The notes under the pieces are model-generated. The model made no database searches and was not told where the DNA came from. It saw only the letters and a list, made by a program, of their open reading frames with translations. DNA of 64,000 nucleotides from Candidatus Anstonellales archaeon (GTDB lineage: Archaea > Micrarchaeota > Micrarchaeia > Anstonellales > J096). Positions 49,505-59,117 of the stretch are shown here, piece after piece (the first letter of the stretch is position 1; the number at the start of each line of letters is the position of its first letter). Position numbers and translations under genes: made by a program. The stretch covers positions 248,782 through 312,781 of the forward strand of contig JAWAFD010000002.1 of the NCBI GenBank assembly GCA_038890745.1, in the 5' to 3' direction.

Positions 49505-50404
49505 ATGCAAAGATATGAGCAGAAGATTGCTGTTGTTGGAAACATAAACCGAGATATCATCGCAAAAGCACGAGAGTACATAGGAAAAAGGGCGAAGGCG
49601 GAGTATTTTGAGGAAAAGATAGGTGGAAGCGCGACAAACTACGCCCGCGCCCTTGCAAAATTGGGGAGTAAGACATGGCTTTTTGCAAACGCGGGTAGGG
49701 ATTTTTCAAAGGAGGTCTTCAGCGACCTTGCTTCCTATTCTGTGAACCTTGAGCACATAGGAGTGGTTGAGGAAAAAAACGGAGTTGTGATCGTAATCAG
49801 CGAAGGAAAAGAAAAGAGAATGATATTTTGGCGTGGCGCAAACGATACTTTGAAAAAAAGAGATTTTTCAGCAATAAAAAATTTTGACATCGTGCATGTT
49901 TCGGATGTTGAAAAAGAAGTTGCGGAAAAAATAATAGAAAAAAAGAAAAAGGAAACAAAACTTTTTTTAGACCCTGGCTATGGCCTTTCCCTTCCTGCTT
50001 CTAAGATTAAGAATATTCTCTCTTCCACCCACACTATTTTTGTAGAAGGAAAAGAGGCGGAGATAATAACTGGAAAAAAGAAAGCAGAGGTAGCAGTTAA
50101 AGTGCTTCATGCATACGGAGCGAAACACGTTTTGTTCAAAGCAGAAAACGGGCTCATTTTTTCAGATGGCAGAAAAATGCACTTTCAACCAATCGCGCCC
50201 GTAAAATTAATCGACACCACTGGAGTTGGCGATGTGATAGGTGCAGCTTTTATCCACTTCTTCTATGATAAAAAACATGAAATAAAAAAATCCCTTCTTC
50301 TCACAGAACTCGCCGCTGCTGTTAAGGTAATGCACTACGGATTCTATGCCCCATCGTATTTGGAAATACAGAAAAAAGCAGAAGAGTTAAAATGGAAAGT
50401 ATGA
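49505..50404 (+). CDS. PfkB family carbohydrate kinase
   Basis: GGSATN.A.ALAKLG, DTTGVGD. Confidence 0.85.
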   Translation: MQRYEQKIAVVGNINRDIIAKAREYIGKRAKAEYFEEKIGGSATNYARALAKLGSKTWLFANAGRDFSKEVFSDLASYSVNLEHIGVVEEKNGVVIVISEGKEKRMIFWRGANDTLKKRDFSAIKNFDIVHVSDVEKEVAEKIIEKKKKETKLFLDPGYGLSLPASKIKNILSSTHTIFVEGKEAEIITGKKKAEVAVKVLHAYGAKHVLFKAENGLIFSDGRKMHFQPIAPVKLIDTTGVGDVIGAAFIHFFYDKKHEIKKSLLLTELAAAVKVMHYGFYAPSYLEIQKKAEELKWKV

Positions 50405-50444
50405 AAAATAAATATAAAAAGAGAAAGAAAATAAAAAAGAAAAT

Positions 50445-50750
50445 TTATCCGAAAAGACTTGCCAGCCCAGCTGCGGCTTCCTCTTCACTCTTTTTCTCCT
50501 CTTTCTTTTCCTCCTTCTTTTCAGCCGGAGCTCCTGCAGCAGGTGCAGCAGCAACAGGTGCGGCGACCGCAACATTCTTCAGCAGGTCCTCAAAGTTTAC
50601 ACCTTTCACCGCTTCGGCAAGAACCTTTGCCTTTGCTTCATCAGCCTCAATCCCAGCTGCCTTAACAACCTCTACTATGCTTTTCTCGTTTATCTCTTTT
50701 CCGGCTCCATGAAGGAGCAAAACCGCATGCAAATATGGGTCAACTTTCAT
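50445..50750 (-). CDS. rpl12: 50S ribosomal protein L12 (P1)
   Basis: Y..A.LLLH.AG.EINE, Ala hinge, EEAAAGLASLFG. Confidence 0.95.
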   Translation of the reverse strand: MKVDPYLHAVLLLHGAGKEINEKSIVEVVKAAGIEADEAKAKVLAEAVKGVNFEDLLKNVAVAAPVAAAPAAGAPAEKKEEKKEEKKSEEEAAAGLASLFG

Positions 50751-50764
50751 GTCCTCACCTCACT

Positions 50765-51643
50765 TTAACTGCCACCCTCCTTTTTTATTCCTTCTAGAGC
50801 ACCTGCCTGCCTTAAAGCAAACAGGAGAAGCTGCTCTATAGAAGCATCAGAGTATATTAAACCATTTATGCTTACATTCCTCGCTTGGGAAAATGCATCC
50901 CGCAGGAGGAGTTCTATGTTTTGTTTTGTAGGATAGACCGCGTTTACACTCAAGTTGAATGAATTCTTTAATTCTTTTTCTATTTCCGCAGCTATCTCTT
51001 CCGGCATTATGCTTACATCCTCTTTTCTGAAAATTGTTTCCCCATCATATCCTATGTAATAAACAACACCAGCACGGAATGGTTTTATCCCAAGCGTTTG
51101 TAATGCTTTAACCTTTATGGGTGTTAATACCTCTCCCTGCTTTGCAACAATGCTGTCCTTTGCAACAACTATTTTTCCTTTATCTATCTTAACATTCAAC
51201 CCCGCGCTTTTTAATTCAGACAGCGCAGGTCCTGCCGGTAGGTCTGTTTCACCCTCCGGCACAACTATATCATAAGGAGCAACCTGCCCAACTTTTGCTG
51301 GCATTTCCAATGTATTCTGCTTGAAAAAAACTGCAACCCTGTATGGCGATTCATCTATTGCTATTATTCCGGCAGGAAAATCGATGTTTTCAACAAGCTC
51401 TTTTGGTTTTCCGGCATCCACAACACTCCTCATTACTACTGTCTTTTTAGCAACCTTTGTTTCTCCCCCAAACTCCTCCCTTATTCTTTTCTTTATTTTT
51501 TGTAACAATCTATCCGGCGTATTTCTCAAATCTATTATTATAAGTCCTTTATGCCTCCTGAGCATGTTAGCAATCTCCTGAACCTCTTTTTTCTTCTTAA
51601 GAACAGATGGTTTGTCTTCCTTAAGTTTGTAATCTTTTCTCAT
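50765..51643 (-). CDS. rplP0: 50S ribosomal protein L10 (P0)
   Basis: AK.G..AP.DIV.P.G.T...GP.LS.L. Confidence 0.92.
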   Translation of the reverse strand: MRKDYKLKEDKPSVLKKKKEVQEIANMLRRHKGLIIIDLRNTPDRLLQKIKKRIREEFGGETKVAKKTVVMRSVVDAGKPKELVENIDFPAGIIAIDESPYRVAVFFKQNTLEMPAKVGQVAPYDIVVPEGETDLPAGPALSELKSAGLNVKIDKGKIVVAKDSIVAKQGEVLTPIKVKALQTLGIKPFRAGVVYYIGYDGETIFRKEDVSIMPEEIAAEIEKELKNSFNLSVNAVYPTKQNIELLLRDAFSQARNVSINGLIYSDASIEQLLLFALRQAGALEGIKKEGGS

Positions 51644-51647
51644 GTTC

Positions 51648-52292
51648 TCACCCAGCTATCCTCACCGATTTTCCCATCGTCAGTTTTACAAACGCGCTTT
51701 TTATGTTTCCGGTAGCGACTTTTGTTTTTATCCTTTCAAAAACCGCGCTTATGTTATCAACAAGCATGTCCGGGTCCATGTCTTCAGTCCCAACAAAGCA
51801 CTGCACGGTTGGTAAGTATTTTCCCTTTGTTTGGATTTTAACTGTTTTCCTTGCTTTCTCTATCGCCTGCTTCAAATCCCCCACAAGTGGGGATGGTATC
51901 TTTCCCCTTGGGCCGAGCACTTTCGCAAGATGTTTTGCCGCAAGCCCCATCGCTTTCGGCTCTGCTAAGAAAACATGATCCTTTGCTAGTTTTTTAAGAT
52001 TTTTTGGGTCTTTTCCAAAAGCCTCAATTTCATTTATCTTTACAACGACATCTGCTCCGAGTTTTTTTGCGTTGTGCGTTGTTGTTTCCTCCCCTATTAC
52101 AACAACTTTGTTCTCCTTTCCTCCCATTCCTTTTGGCATTACTATGTCTAAATTTAATCTGTTCTCTGCTTTTGTAAAGTCAATCCCCTTGAAGTTTATT
52201 ATTAGTTCTACGCTTTGCTTGAACTTTCTTTTACCCTTTTCTTTTAAGCATTCTTCTACCGCGCTCTTTATCTTTTTTTCATCAATTTCCAT
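51648..52292 (-). CDS. rpl1: 50S ribosomal protein L1
   Basis: RKF.QSVELI, LGPRGK.P, VG.E.M, KLTMG. Confidence 0.95.
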   Translation of the reverse strand: MEIDEKKIKSAVEECLKEKGKRKFKQSVELIINFKGIDFTKAENRLNLDIVMPKGMGGKENKVVVIGEETTTHNAKKLGADVVVKINEIEAFGKDPKNLKKLAKDHVFLAEPKAMGLAAKHLAKVLGPRGKIPSPLVGDLKQAIEKARKTVKIQTKGKYLPTVQCFVGTEDMDPDMLVDNISAVFERIKTKVATGNIKSAFVKLTMGKSVRIAG

Positions 52293-52295
52293 GCT

Positions 52296-52334
52296 ACCCC
52301 TCCCACTCTGCTATGGAGTGGTCCAAACGGTGGT
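52296..52334 (-). promoter_or_regulatory. Candidate L1-binding autoregulatory leader overlapping the rpl1 Shine-Dalgarno
   Basis: ACCACC-GTTTGGA-CCACTC catagca GAGTGG-GA-GGGGT two-helix hairpin with an asymmetric internal loop. Confidence 0.6.
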
Positions 52335-52365
52335 TTTGTTTTTCTGTTCAGAAAGATATTTAAAC

Positions 52366-53811
52366 CTATCCACCCACGCTCCACGAGAGCCCATACCCCT
52401 CGCAGCTCCAAGCGTTTCCCACTGGCAATACCCTGACTATAAAATATGCCTCTCCGCTTCCGCCCTCAACTAAAGCAGCTATGCTTTCGTCCTCTCCTGC
52501 TTCATGTTCAGAGCACTCCCATTCAACCAGATTGCAGGATGAAAGATTTGAGCTCCAACATACACAAAGGTCAAAATCCACACCTGCCGGAACGCGTAGT
52601 TCTGCGCTTCCGGTTATGCTTCCGCTTATATTAGCCACACGTACTTTATAATAATCGTCATCACCCTTCAATATTTTTCCTTCTAGACCCCCACTTGAAC
52701 CGCTCAAAAGTTTTGCGCTTCCAATGTTGTTGTTTGGTTCATAGTTGTCATTTAATCCTTCATCCACCTGTCCATCGCAATCGTCATCTATCCCATTGCA
52801 TACCTCTGTTTTTCCAGGGTTTATGCTCTTGTTCGTATCATCACAATCATCATCATTCTCAGCTTTGTATTCTTCGCTTGCTGAACACAAACATTTCTTT
52901 TTGTTTATTCCATATCCGTCGCCGTCCACATCCTTATAATAATACTTGCACCCTATCGCGTTTTCTTCATCCACCCTTCCATCGCAGTTGTCGTCTTTTA
53001 CATTGCATTTCTCATTAGCCCCAGGGTTGATGTCATCATCGGTATCATCACAGTCTCCGGATTGATTTGCTCTATAAACATCATAGCCCATGCATAGGCA
53101 TTTTCCCATTCCTATTCCATATCCATCGTTGTCTTCATCTATGTAAAACCTTAGGCATCCCTGTAGGTTTTCTCCATCATCAGTCTTGTTGTCGCAGTTG
53201 TTATCCTTTCCATCGCAAACCTCGATTGCAAGCGGGCTTACTGTTTTATCGCTATCGTCACAATCCCCTCCTCTTCTTGCCGTGTAAGCTCCATCAGGCC
53301 CGCACAGGCATTTCATTACACTTCCATAACTGTCTTGGTCAACATCCAAATAATATTCAACGCATCCTTCTGCGTTCTCCTCATCTTTACTCCCGTCGCA
53401 ATCATCATCAATTCCGTTGCACTTCTCAACCGCGCCCGGATAAACCGCCTTATTGTTATCATCGCAGTCCTCTGTTACCCTATATCCATCCTTATCCCTA
53501 TCTGCCTCCTCTGCTGGTAGAACAATTACGCTGATTGTCTTATTTTTTCCATCCACACTTAGCGTATAGTTTGTAGTTTTTTCTGGCGTAACTGTTTTGC
53601 TCCCCTCCGGCTCAACCTGAACCATATCAAGCGCTACGATTGTTTTGTTGGTTGCATTCACAACCCTCCAGCTCAACATTGCGCTATCTCCTTTGTATAT
53701 GGTCTCTGGTGTTGCAGTAAAGTATTCTATTTCCGGAACGGGCTTTACCCCTTCCCCTACGCATCCTGCAAGAAGCAGGAGGAATAAAGAAATAACAATG
53801 ATGCCTCTCAT
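52366..53811 (-). CDS. Lipoprotein with four MopE-related (DCDD...E.C.G.D..CDG..DE) metal-binding repeats
   Basis: LLAGC lipobox after MRGIIVIS; four repeats with D.D.DGYG linkers; C-terminal D.YEPNN domain. Confidence 0.85.
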   Translation of the reverse strand: MRGIIVISLFLLLLAGCVGEGVKPVPEIEYFTATPETIYKGDSAMLSWRVVNATNKTIVALDMVQVEPEGSKTVTPEKTTNYTLSVDGKNKTISVIVLPAEEADRDKDGYRVTEDCDDNNKAVYPGAVEKCNGIDDDCDGSKDEENAEGCVEYYLDVDQDSYGSVMKCLCGPDGAYTARRGGDCDDSDKTVSPLAIEVCDGKDNNCDNKTDDGENLQGCLRFYIDEDNDGYGIGMGKCLCMGYDVYRANQSGDCDDTDDDINPGANEKCNVKDDNCDGRVDEENAIGCKYYYKDVDGDGYGINKKKCLCSASEEYKAENDDDCDDTNKSINPGKTEVCNGIDDDCDGQVDEGLNDNYEPNNNIGSAKLLSGSSGGLEGKILKGDDDYYKVRVANISGSITGSAELRVPAGVDFDLCVCWSSNLSSCNLVEWECSEHEAGEDESIAALVEGGSGEAYFIVRVLPVGNAWSCEGYGLSWSVGG

Positions 53812-53920
53812 GCAAAAAAAAGAAAAGAAAGAGTTTATAAACTTAAACATTTATATTCCACGCTACAGGGAAAATTTGTTTTCCCATAGGTTTTTAATCC
53901 CTCTCTTCCCAGGAAAAAGT

Positions 53921-54382
53921 ATGAGAACAATAAAACCGGTTTTTGTTCTTGGAATTTTGGTTCTTATTGGTGCCGCTTACGCCTTCGTTGGATGTGCTTC
54001 CGATGCTTACAAGCAGGCATGCTACAACTGTCATTTTGATGAAAATGGGAAGATAGATAAAAAATGCTTAGAACAATACAAGCAGGAAGGGATAACCTGC
54101 ACAAGCAAAGCTTATCCAATAATGAGCGCTAAATACGCAGCAGGGCAGTGCCCGGAGGTTCAGGCCTGCGCTTCGGAATTACAGTCATGCATAGACCGCT
54201 ATTCCACTGGGAATGATAAACTAGACTGCGAAGGTGTAGAAGTGTTTGGATGCTACTATGATGCAGATATTTGTACAAGAAAAGCGGCTGAGAAATGTGG
54301 GGAAACGATCTATGCCTGTCCGGCGTTTATACTAGCATTCCTGTTCATCTCAGCCGGATTGGTAAAACACAGAAAAATCTAA
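53921..54382 (+). CDS. Cys-rich exported protein with C-terminal TM anchor
   Basis: Start MRTIKP; signal peptide; many Cys; ends CPAFILAFLFISAGLVKHRKI. Confidence 0.72.
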   Translation: MRTIKPVFVLGILVLIGAAYAFVGCASDAYKQACYNCHFDENGKIDKKCLEQYKQEGITCTSKAYPIMSAKYAAGQCPEVQACASELQSCIDRYSTGNDKLDCEGVEVFGCYYDADICTRKAAEKCGETIYACPAFILAFLFISAGLVKHRKI

Positions 54383-55443
54383 CTCTTTTTTACGGCTTCC
54401 TTTATTTCTTCTAAATATTTTTTATTTTTCTTAAAATACTCCCTACTCGGTTCAAGCATCGCAATAAGCTCTCTTGCAACAGCATTCTTCAGATCAAGCG
54501 GATGGAGGTTTCCTTGTGAATAAACCTTAACAAGCTCCTCGTAATTTTCAACCTCCAAGTCTCCACCAAACTTCGCAGGCCTTTCAATTTTCAAACCCCT
54601 ATCCCGCAAAATCAGATTATCTGCTATGGAGAGTATAGGGTTTCCCTCAATAACTTTTGGAGGGCAGTACGCCCTCTTAATCTTGCTTTTTATCTCCTCC
54701 TCAGAATCATGGATGAATATGCATGTTTCTGGCTTGCTCTTGCTCATCTTTGCCTCTATTATTTCATCCTCTGTTGGGTTCATCCTTTCTATTCCCTGCA
54801 ATCCAGGGATTAGTGTTGTATGTACGGCAACAAAATTTTTCTTCCCTATTTTATCGTGAACATCCTTTGCAAGCATGTGCGCCTTTCTTTGGTCTATTCC
54901 TGAATGCGCAATCTGCACATCCAATTTGAATATGTCTGCTGCCTGCATTGCGGGATAGAGTAAAAATGAAACATGCTGCGCCTCACCCTCTTTCCTCCCC
55001 ATTATTGCTGTTGCCCTAAGCATCCTGTGAATGGTTGTATGCCTTGTAATATTTATGACATCCTTCCAGTATTCATTATCATAAATTTCGCTTGCTAGAA
55101 TATATTTCACTTTATCCTCATCTAATCCAAGAGAGATGAACGCATGCTTAAAATATCCTGTTGCAATCTTCTGAATCCTCTTTAAATCCCCACCCAATTT
55201 GTTATTTATCCAAGCATGATAATCAGCCAAAAATATTGTTGGTTTTATCCCTGCCTGCAAAAAATCTTTTATTTTGAGTGCAGTCATCAAACCCGTTCCA
55301 AGATGCACCATCCCCGAAATCTCAAACCCGATATAATGCTTCGGATTGGAATAGTTCTCAAAAACTTCCCTAAGCTGATGCTCGCCGACAACCTCAATGG
55401 TCGGTTTTTTCTTCACAAGTTCAATCTTTTTCTCAATGTCCAT
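54379..55443 (-). CDS. tyrS: Tyrosine--tRNA ligase (archaeal type)
   Basis: YIGFE.SG..HLG, YP.MQ.ADI, G.DQRK.HM, KMSKS. Confidence 0.95.
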   Translation of the reverse strand: MDIEKKIELVKKKPTIEVVGEHQLREVFENYSNPKHYIGFEISGMVHLGTGLMTALKIKDFLQAGIKPTIFLADYHAWINNKLGGDLKRIQKIATGYFKHAFISLGLDEDKVKYILASEIYDNEYWKDVINITRHTTIHRMLRATAIMGRKEGEAQHVSFLLYPAMQAADIFKLDVQIAHSGIDQRKAHMLAKDVHDKIGKKNFVAVHTTLIPGLQGIERMNPTEDEIIEAKMSKSKPETCIFIHDSEEEIKSKIKRAYCPPKVIEGNPILSIADNLILRDRGLKIERPAKFGGDLEVENYEELVKVYSQGNLHPLDLKNAVARELIAMLEPSREYFKKNKKYLEEIKEAVKKS

Positions 55444-55569
55444 ACTGTGTATTCTCCATAACCCTTTAAAATGCTATGTTGAAAAATCTCTTCTCTCATT
55501 CCCTCACCTTGATAAGCCCTTGGCATTCATAAAATGGCACATAGTCTATGTACTCTTTCATCGTAAAGT

Positions 55570-57261
55570 TTAGAGTGTGGATACGATATAAAGAACCGCA
55601 GCAGCAGCGAGGATGAATATTATGGGGGCAACTATTCTTGCAACAGCAACTATGGAATTTACGGTTGAAACTATCTCTATGGCCTGCTTATGCCCAAGAA
55701 CATCAACATCCACCCATTCCTTATACACGCCTGCCTTTGCATTCTTCATACACTCAATCGCTCTTTCAACACCACTCACTGTATTTTCAACTATATTCTC
55801 ATCATACGCAAGAGGATTGAGAACACCGCGAACGTTGTTCCTCTCATGACTGTCCGTGCTGTAGATGCATACAACCGAACCCGGGTATTTTTCCTTAACT
55901 CTCTCTTCGAGCTTTTCTTTCATTTCTCGGCTTATTCCGTTTGCATCAAAAACTATTCCTATGAACATAGGAGAAGAAGAGATTACAAATACCTGCACAC
56001 CATTCCCACCGATCACTGGGTTTGACGGGTAGAAAGAAAAAAATCCTGCTTTCAATCTGCTTTTTTTTCCTTTTGCCTTCAGCGCGTTCTCCACAGCTTT
56101 CATATACTCGAACCCCTCGCGGCTTCCTGCGTCAAAGCTCGTGATCTCCTCAACATCTGAGTTGTGCATATCAACGATGAGTGCCTTATCAAGATATTTT
56201 TCTGCCATTTCCATCATGCTTAGCCCAAGCCCGAATGAAATATCCTCTGTGGTATATGGCGCTCTTGTTATGCTTATAATACCAGAATTTCCAAAAATGA
56301 GTGCATATGCTTTTGCTTTTCCGTACTCGCCTATTCTTAATTCTACGCTATCATTTTTTTCAACATTATTTTTTTTCGCTATAGAAACTATTTTCGCGAT
56401 TTCCCCATCAGATATAGGGTTGAAGTCATGGGTTGCTGTTCCGTGGAGAACAACACTCTCGCCAATTCTTTTTGAGATGAGAGAAGGAAAAGCACTCCCA
56501 CCCAAATTGCCGAACGGACCGAAATGTACATAAGGAACAACAATGTTTTTCCTCTCATTCCCAAAAGAAAAAGACACTCCACCAACGATGGTCTTGACCC
56601 TTTCCCCAACCTTTTCGAACGCCTCTTCAAGCTCTTTGCTTTCGTAAAACCACTGCGCCATGAACATGGAAACCGCATCCACGCTGCTTATCCCAAAGCT
56701 TTTTTTCATAGGCGCGTTTATTATCGAAAACAAAACATACAACGCAACCAAAAAAATGGCTGAAGAAACAAGAAACTTGAGGACAATATTCTCAAGAGAT
56801 AAGCCGATCGCGGTAAAAGTAAACGAATACACTATCAGCTGAAGGGTTGCGAAAAACAGCCCTCTCCATTTTGCAGAGAAAACAATCCTTCCGATTACAA
56901 ACCAAACCACGAAAACTATCGCTGCTGCTATGAACATCAGCTCAATTGAATATGGAAAGTTTATGGATTTCAAATAGAACGATAGCACAAAGAAAAATGA
57001 GTATACGATCTCTCCGAAAAGAGAGGTGGCAACTATCTGCTTGAAGGGAACCCTCCTTATTGCAATCTTCGCCATCACAGCGATGAGAAGGGCGGGAAGA
57101 GAAAGCATCGCAAATCCGTTTAGCATCCCTTCAATATTATGGTTTGCTGCAAATCCTGCCAGCGCACCGAGCATTACCATGGCTAGCAAAAGGTATTCTA
57201 TGGAGGGTAAGCTCACTATGTAGTTTGTGAGTTTTACTGCCTTCTTCTCAGCCATCCCCAT
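55570..57261 (-). CDS. DUF2070 family membrane protein
   Basis: N-terminal TMs; VH.GPFG..GG, HG.ATHD.NP, D.HN, D.N, TD.H motifs. Confidence 0.85.
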   Translation of the reverse strand: MGMAEKKAVKLTNYIVSLPSIEYLLLAMVMLGALAGFAANHNIEGMLNGFAMLSLPALLIAVMAKIAIRRVPFKQIVATSLFGEIVYSFFFVLSFYLKSINFPYSIELMFIAAAIVFVVWFVIGRIVFSAKWRGLFFATLQLIVYSFTFTAIGLSLENIVLKFLVSSAIFLVALYVLFSIINAPMKKSFGISSVDAVSMFMAQWFYESKELEEAFEKVGERVKTIVGGVSFSFGNERKNIVVPYVHFGPFGNLGGSAFPSLISKRIGESVVLHGTATHDFNPISDGEIAKIVSIAKKNNVEKNDSVELRIGEYGKAKAYALIFGNSGIISITRAPYTTEDISFGLGLSMMEMAEKYLDKALIVDMHNSDVEEITSFDAGSREGFEYMKAVENALKAKGKKSRLKAGFFSFYPSNPVIGGNGVQVFVISSSPMFIGIVFDANGISREMKEKLEERVKEKYPGSVVCIYSTDSHERNNVRGVLNPLAYDENIVENTVSGVERAIECMKNAKAGVYKEWVDVDVLGHKQAIEIVSTVNSIVAVARIVAPIIFILAAAAVLYIVSTL

Positions 57262-57297
57262 AGAAAAGTTTTTTATTCCAAGAGTATATAAATGTTT

Positions 57298-57924
57298 ATG
57301 GAACTGTGCATAAAGTGCGGCGTGAAAAGAGGAACAAAACAATTCAAAGGATTATTCTGTGTAGATTGTTATGAGTGGAAAATAGAAATTCCAAAAAATA
57401 TAAGAGTGGAGAAATGTAAAAGATGCGGAAGGGTTAGGATTAGGGGAGAATGGAAGAGAACAAGCGAGAAGGAAATTAGTGATTATTTGATTGGTAAAAT
57501 AAAAGGAGAAAGATTTGAAAGGGGTGCGATCGATTTTGAAAACAAAAAGGCGATTTTATACTTTCTGGTTGATGATGGCGAAATGTTCCGGATGGAAAAA
57601 AACTATCCTTTTGCCGTAGTTGAAACAATCTGCCCTGACTGCTCAAGAAAGGCAGGAGGGTATTTTGAGGCAATTATACAATTCCGGGGGGACAGAAAAT
57701 TATATTTAAAAATAAAAGAGAAAATAGAAAGGATGCTAAGAAAAAAAACATTCATCACAAAACAGGAAAACCTTAAAGAAGGGATAGACGTCTACGTTGG
57801 CTCTTCAAAAGAGACCGCAGAGGTGCTTAGAGAGCTTGGGCTTAAGCCGGTTTTAAGCAGAAAGCTTTCAGGTTTGAAAGAAGGAAGGCGAATTTACAGG
57901 ACAACATTTATGCTGAGGTTCTAG
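57298..57924 (+). CDS. nmd3: NMD3 family protein (short form)
   Basis: C.KCG, LFC.DC, C.RCG, C.DCS...GGYFEAIIQ.R. Confidence 0.9.
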   Translation: MELCIKCGVKRGTKQFKGLFCVDCYEWKIEIPKNIRVEKCKRCGRVRIRGEWKRTSEKEISDYLIGKIKGERFERGAIDFENKKAILYFLVDDGEMFRMEKNYPFAVVETICPDCSRKAGGYFEAIIQFRGDRKLYLKIKEKIERMLRKKTFITKQENLKEGIDVYVGSSKETAEVLRELGLKPVLSRKLSGLKEGRRIYRTTFMLRF

Positions 57925-58955
57925 ATTTGCAGAATGCTTCTCATGTCTTTCCCAGCTTTTTTAGCAAGCTCGACCGTGTCACCCGTCCCTAAGGTGAGAG
58001 AAAGAAGGGTTGTTTTGAACCTTGCAACCAGAGCAAAAGCAGCTGCCTTTGCATTGCTCACCCCATACAAACCCAAAACAAGAACCGCCCCTCCCTCGCT
58101 CAACCCCATCCCTGCTAACGTGGGGGTGGGTATGAATTCTAAAATGGTGAGCATGGGTTGAAAAAGCATATAGAAAATTATTTCATCCATTCCACTATCA
58201 ATGGTTATTCCAACCGATTTTGCTACAAAATACCAGCTCAATGCTTTTGCTGGCCATGCTATTGCTATCATCGCAATTATCACCCACATCTCCTTTATGA
58301 TAATATTTGAATGCTTCTGCATCCTTTCAACCATATTCAGTAGCTTTTCAACAGGAAGAAGAAGGAGCTTTCCAAAAATAACATGCTTCAAAAAAGAGGA
58401 AAGCCATCTCAGGAATTTTAAGAATTTTGCAGAAAACATAAGAAGTGTCATTATTGCTATCATAATAACCAGCACAAAAACCCCTAAATACAAATACATC
58501 GGGTCTTCTACTTCCGCAACCTTTGATGCTATAAGAAGTATGCCCAAACTTCCTCCCAAAACCTTTGTAATAAAATCAAAAACCTGAGGGCCTAGCGCAA
58601 CCAAAAATGCTTTTTCTGAAGAGACTTTATAATTGTAGTGTAGAGATAGTGAAGAGCTAAAGTACCCTACCCTCGCCGGGGTAAAATCTGCTGCCAGCAT
58701 TCCAGCAAAATGCGCTTTCAGAACATCAAAAAATTTTATCTTCACTTTCATTGCTTTTAACAGATGAAACATCCTGTAAGCCATGGCCAAATACATTACG
58801 AATAGTGCAACTATTGCCAAAAACAGATAGAATAGATCAAGGTTTTTTATCTCCCTTAAAACCTCAACCCCGCCTGAGAAATAAACTACAAGCGCGATGA
58901 GGATTACTGAGATCAATGCGTTTATGATGAATTTTTTTGACATTCGTCCACCCAT
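57921..58955 (-). CDS. UPF0104 / lysylphosphatidylglycerol-synthase-TM (flippase-like) membrane protein
   Basis: TPAR.G, P.P..G.G.SE, multiple TMs. Confidence 0.8.
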   Translation of the reverse strand: MGGRMSKKFIINALISVILIALVVYFSGGVEVLREIKNLDLFYLFLAIVALFVMYLAMAYRMFHLLKAMKVKIKFFDVLKAHFAGMLAADFTPARVGYFSSSLSLHYNYKVSSEKAFLVALGPQVFDFITKVLGGSLGILLIASKVAEVEDPMYLYLGVFVLVIMIAIMTLLMFSAKFLKFLRWLSSFLKHVIFGKLLLLPVEKLLNMVERMQKHSNIIIKEMWVIIAMIAIAWPAKALSWYFVAKSVGITIDSGMDEIIFYMLFQPMLTILEFIPTPTLAGMGLSEGGAVLVLGLYGVSNAKAAAFALVARFKTTLLSLTLGTGDTVELAKKAGKDMRSILQI

Positions 58956-58963
58956 TTTAGTTT

Positions 58964-59086
58964 GGCCGGGGCCGGGACTTGGACCCGGACCTAAGGCTTT
59001 CGGTTAACCTTCTTTGGTTAAGCTTTCTTGGCAACCCGAAGAAAGGTTATCCACAGGCCTCCACGCTACCATTACGCCACCCCGGC
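58964..59086 (-). tRNA. tRNA-His(GUG) with 52-nt intron at 37/38 (58999-59050)
   Basis: Spliced GCCGGGGTGGCGTAATGGTAGCGTGGAGGCCTGTGGAGCCTTAGGTCCGGGTCCAAGTCCCGGCCCCGGCC; C73; intron closed by TAACCTT/AAGGTTA. Confidence 0.9.
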
Positions 59087-59117
59087 GTGTGAGGATTATT
59101 TAATCATAAAAAATATT

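Noticed and set aside
55496..55561. 21-codon minus-strand ORF (MKEYIDYVPFYECQGLIKVRE) between DUF2070 and tyrS
   Set aside because: Too short, no clear SD and no recognisable similarity.
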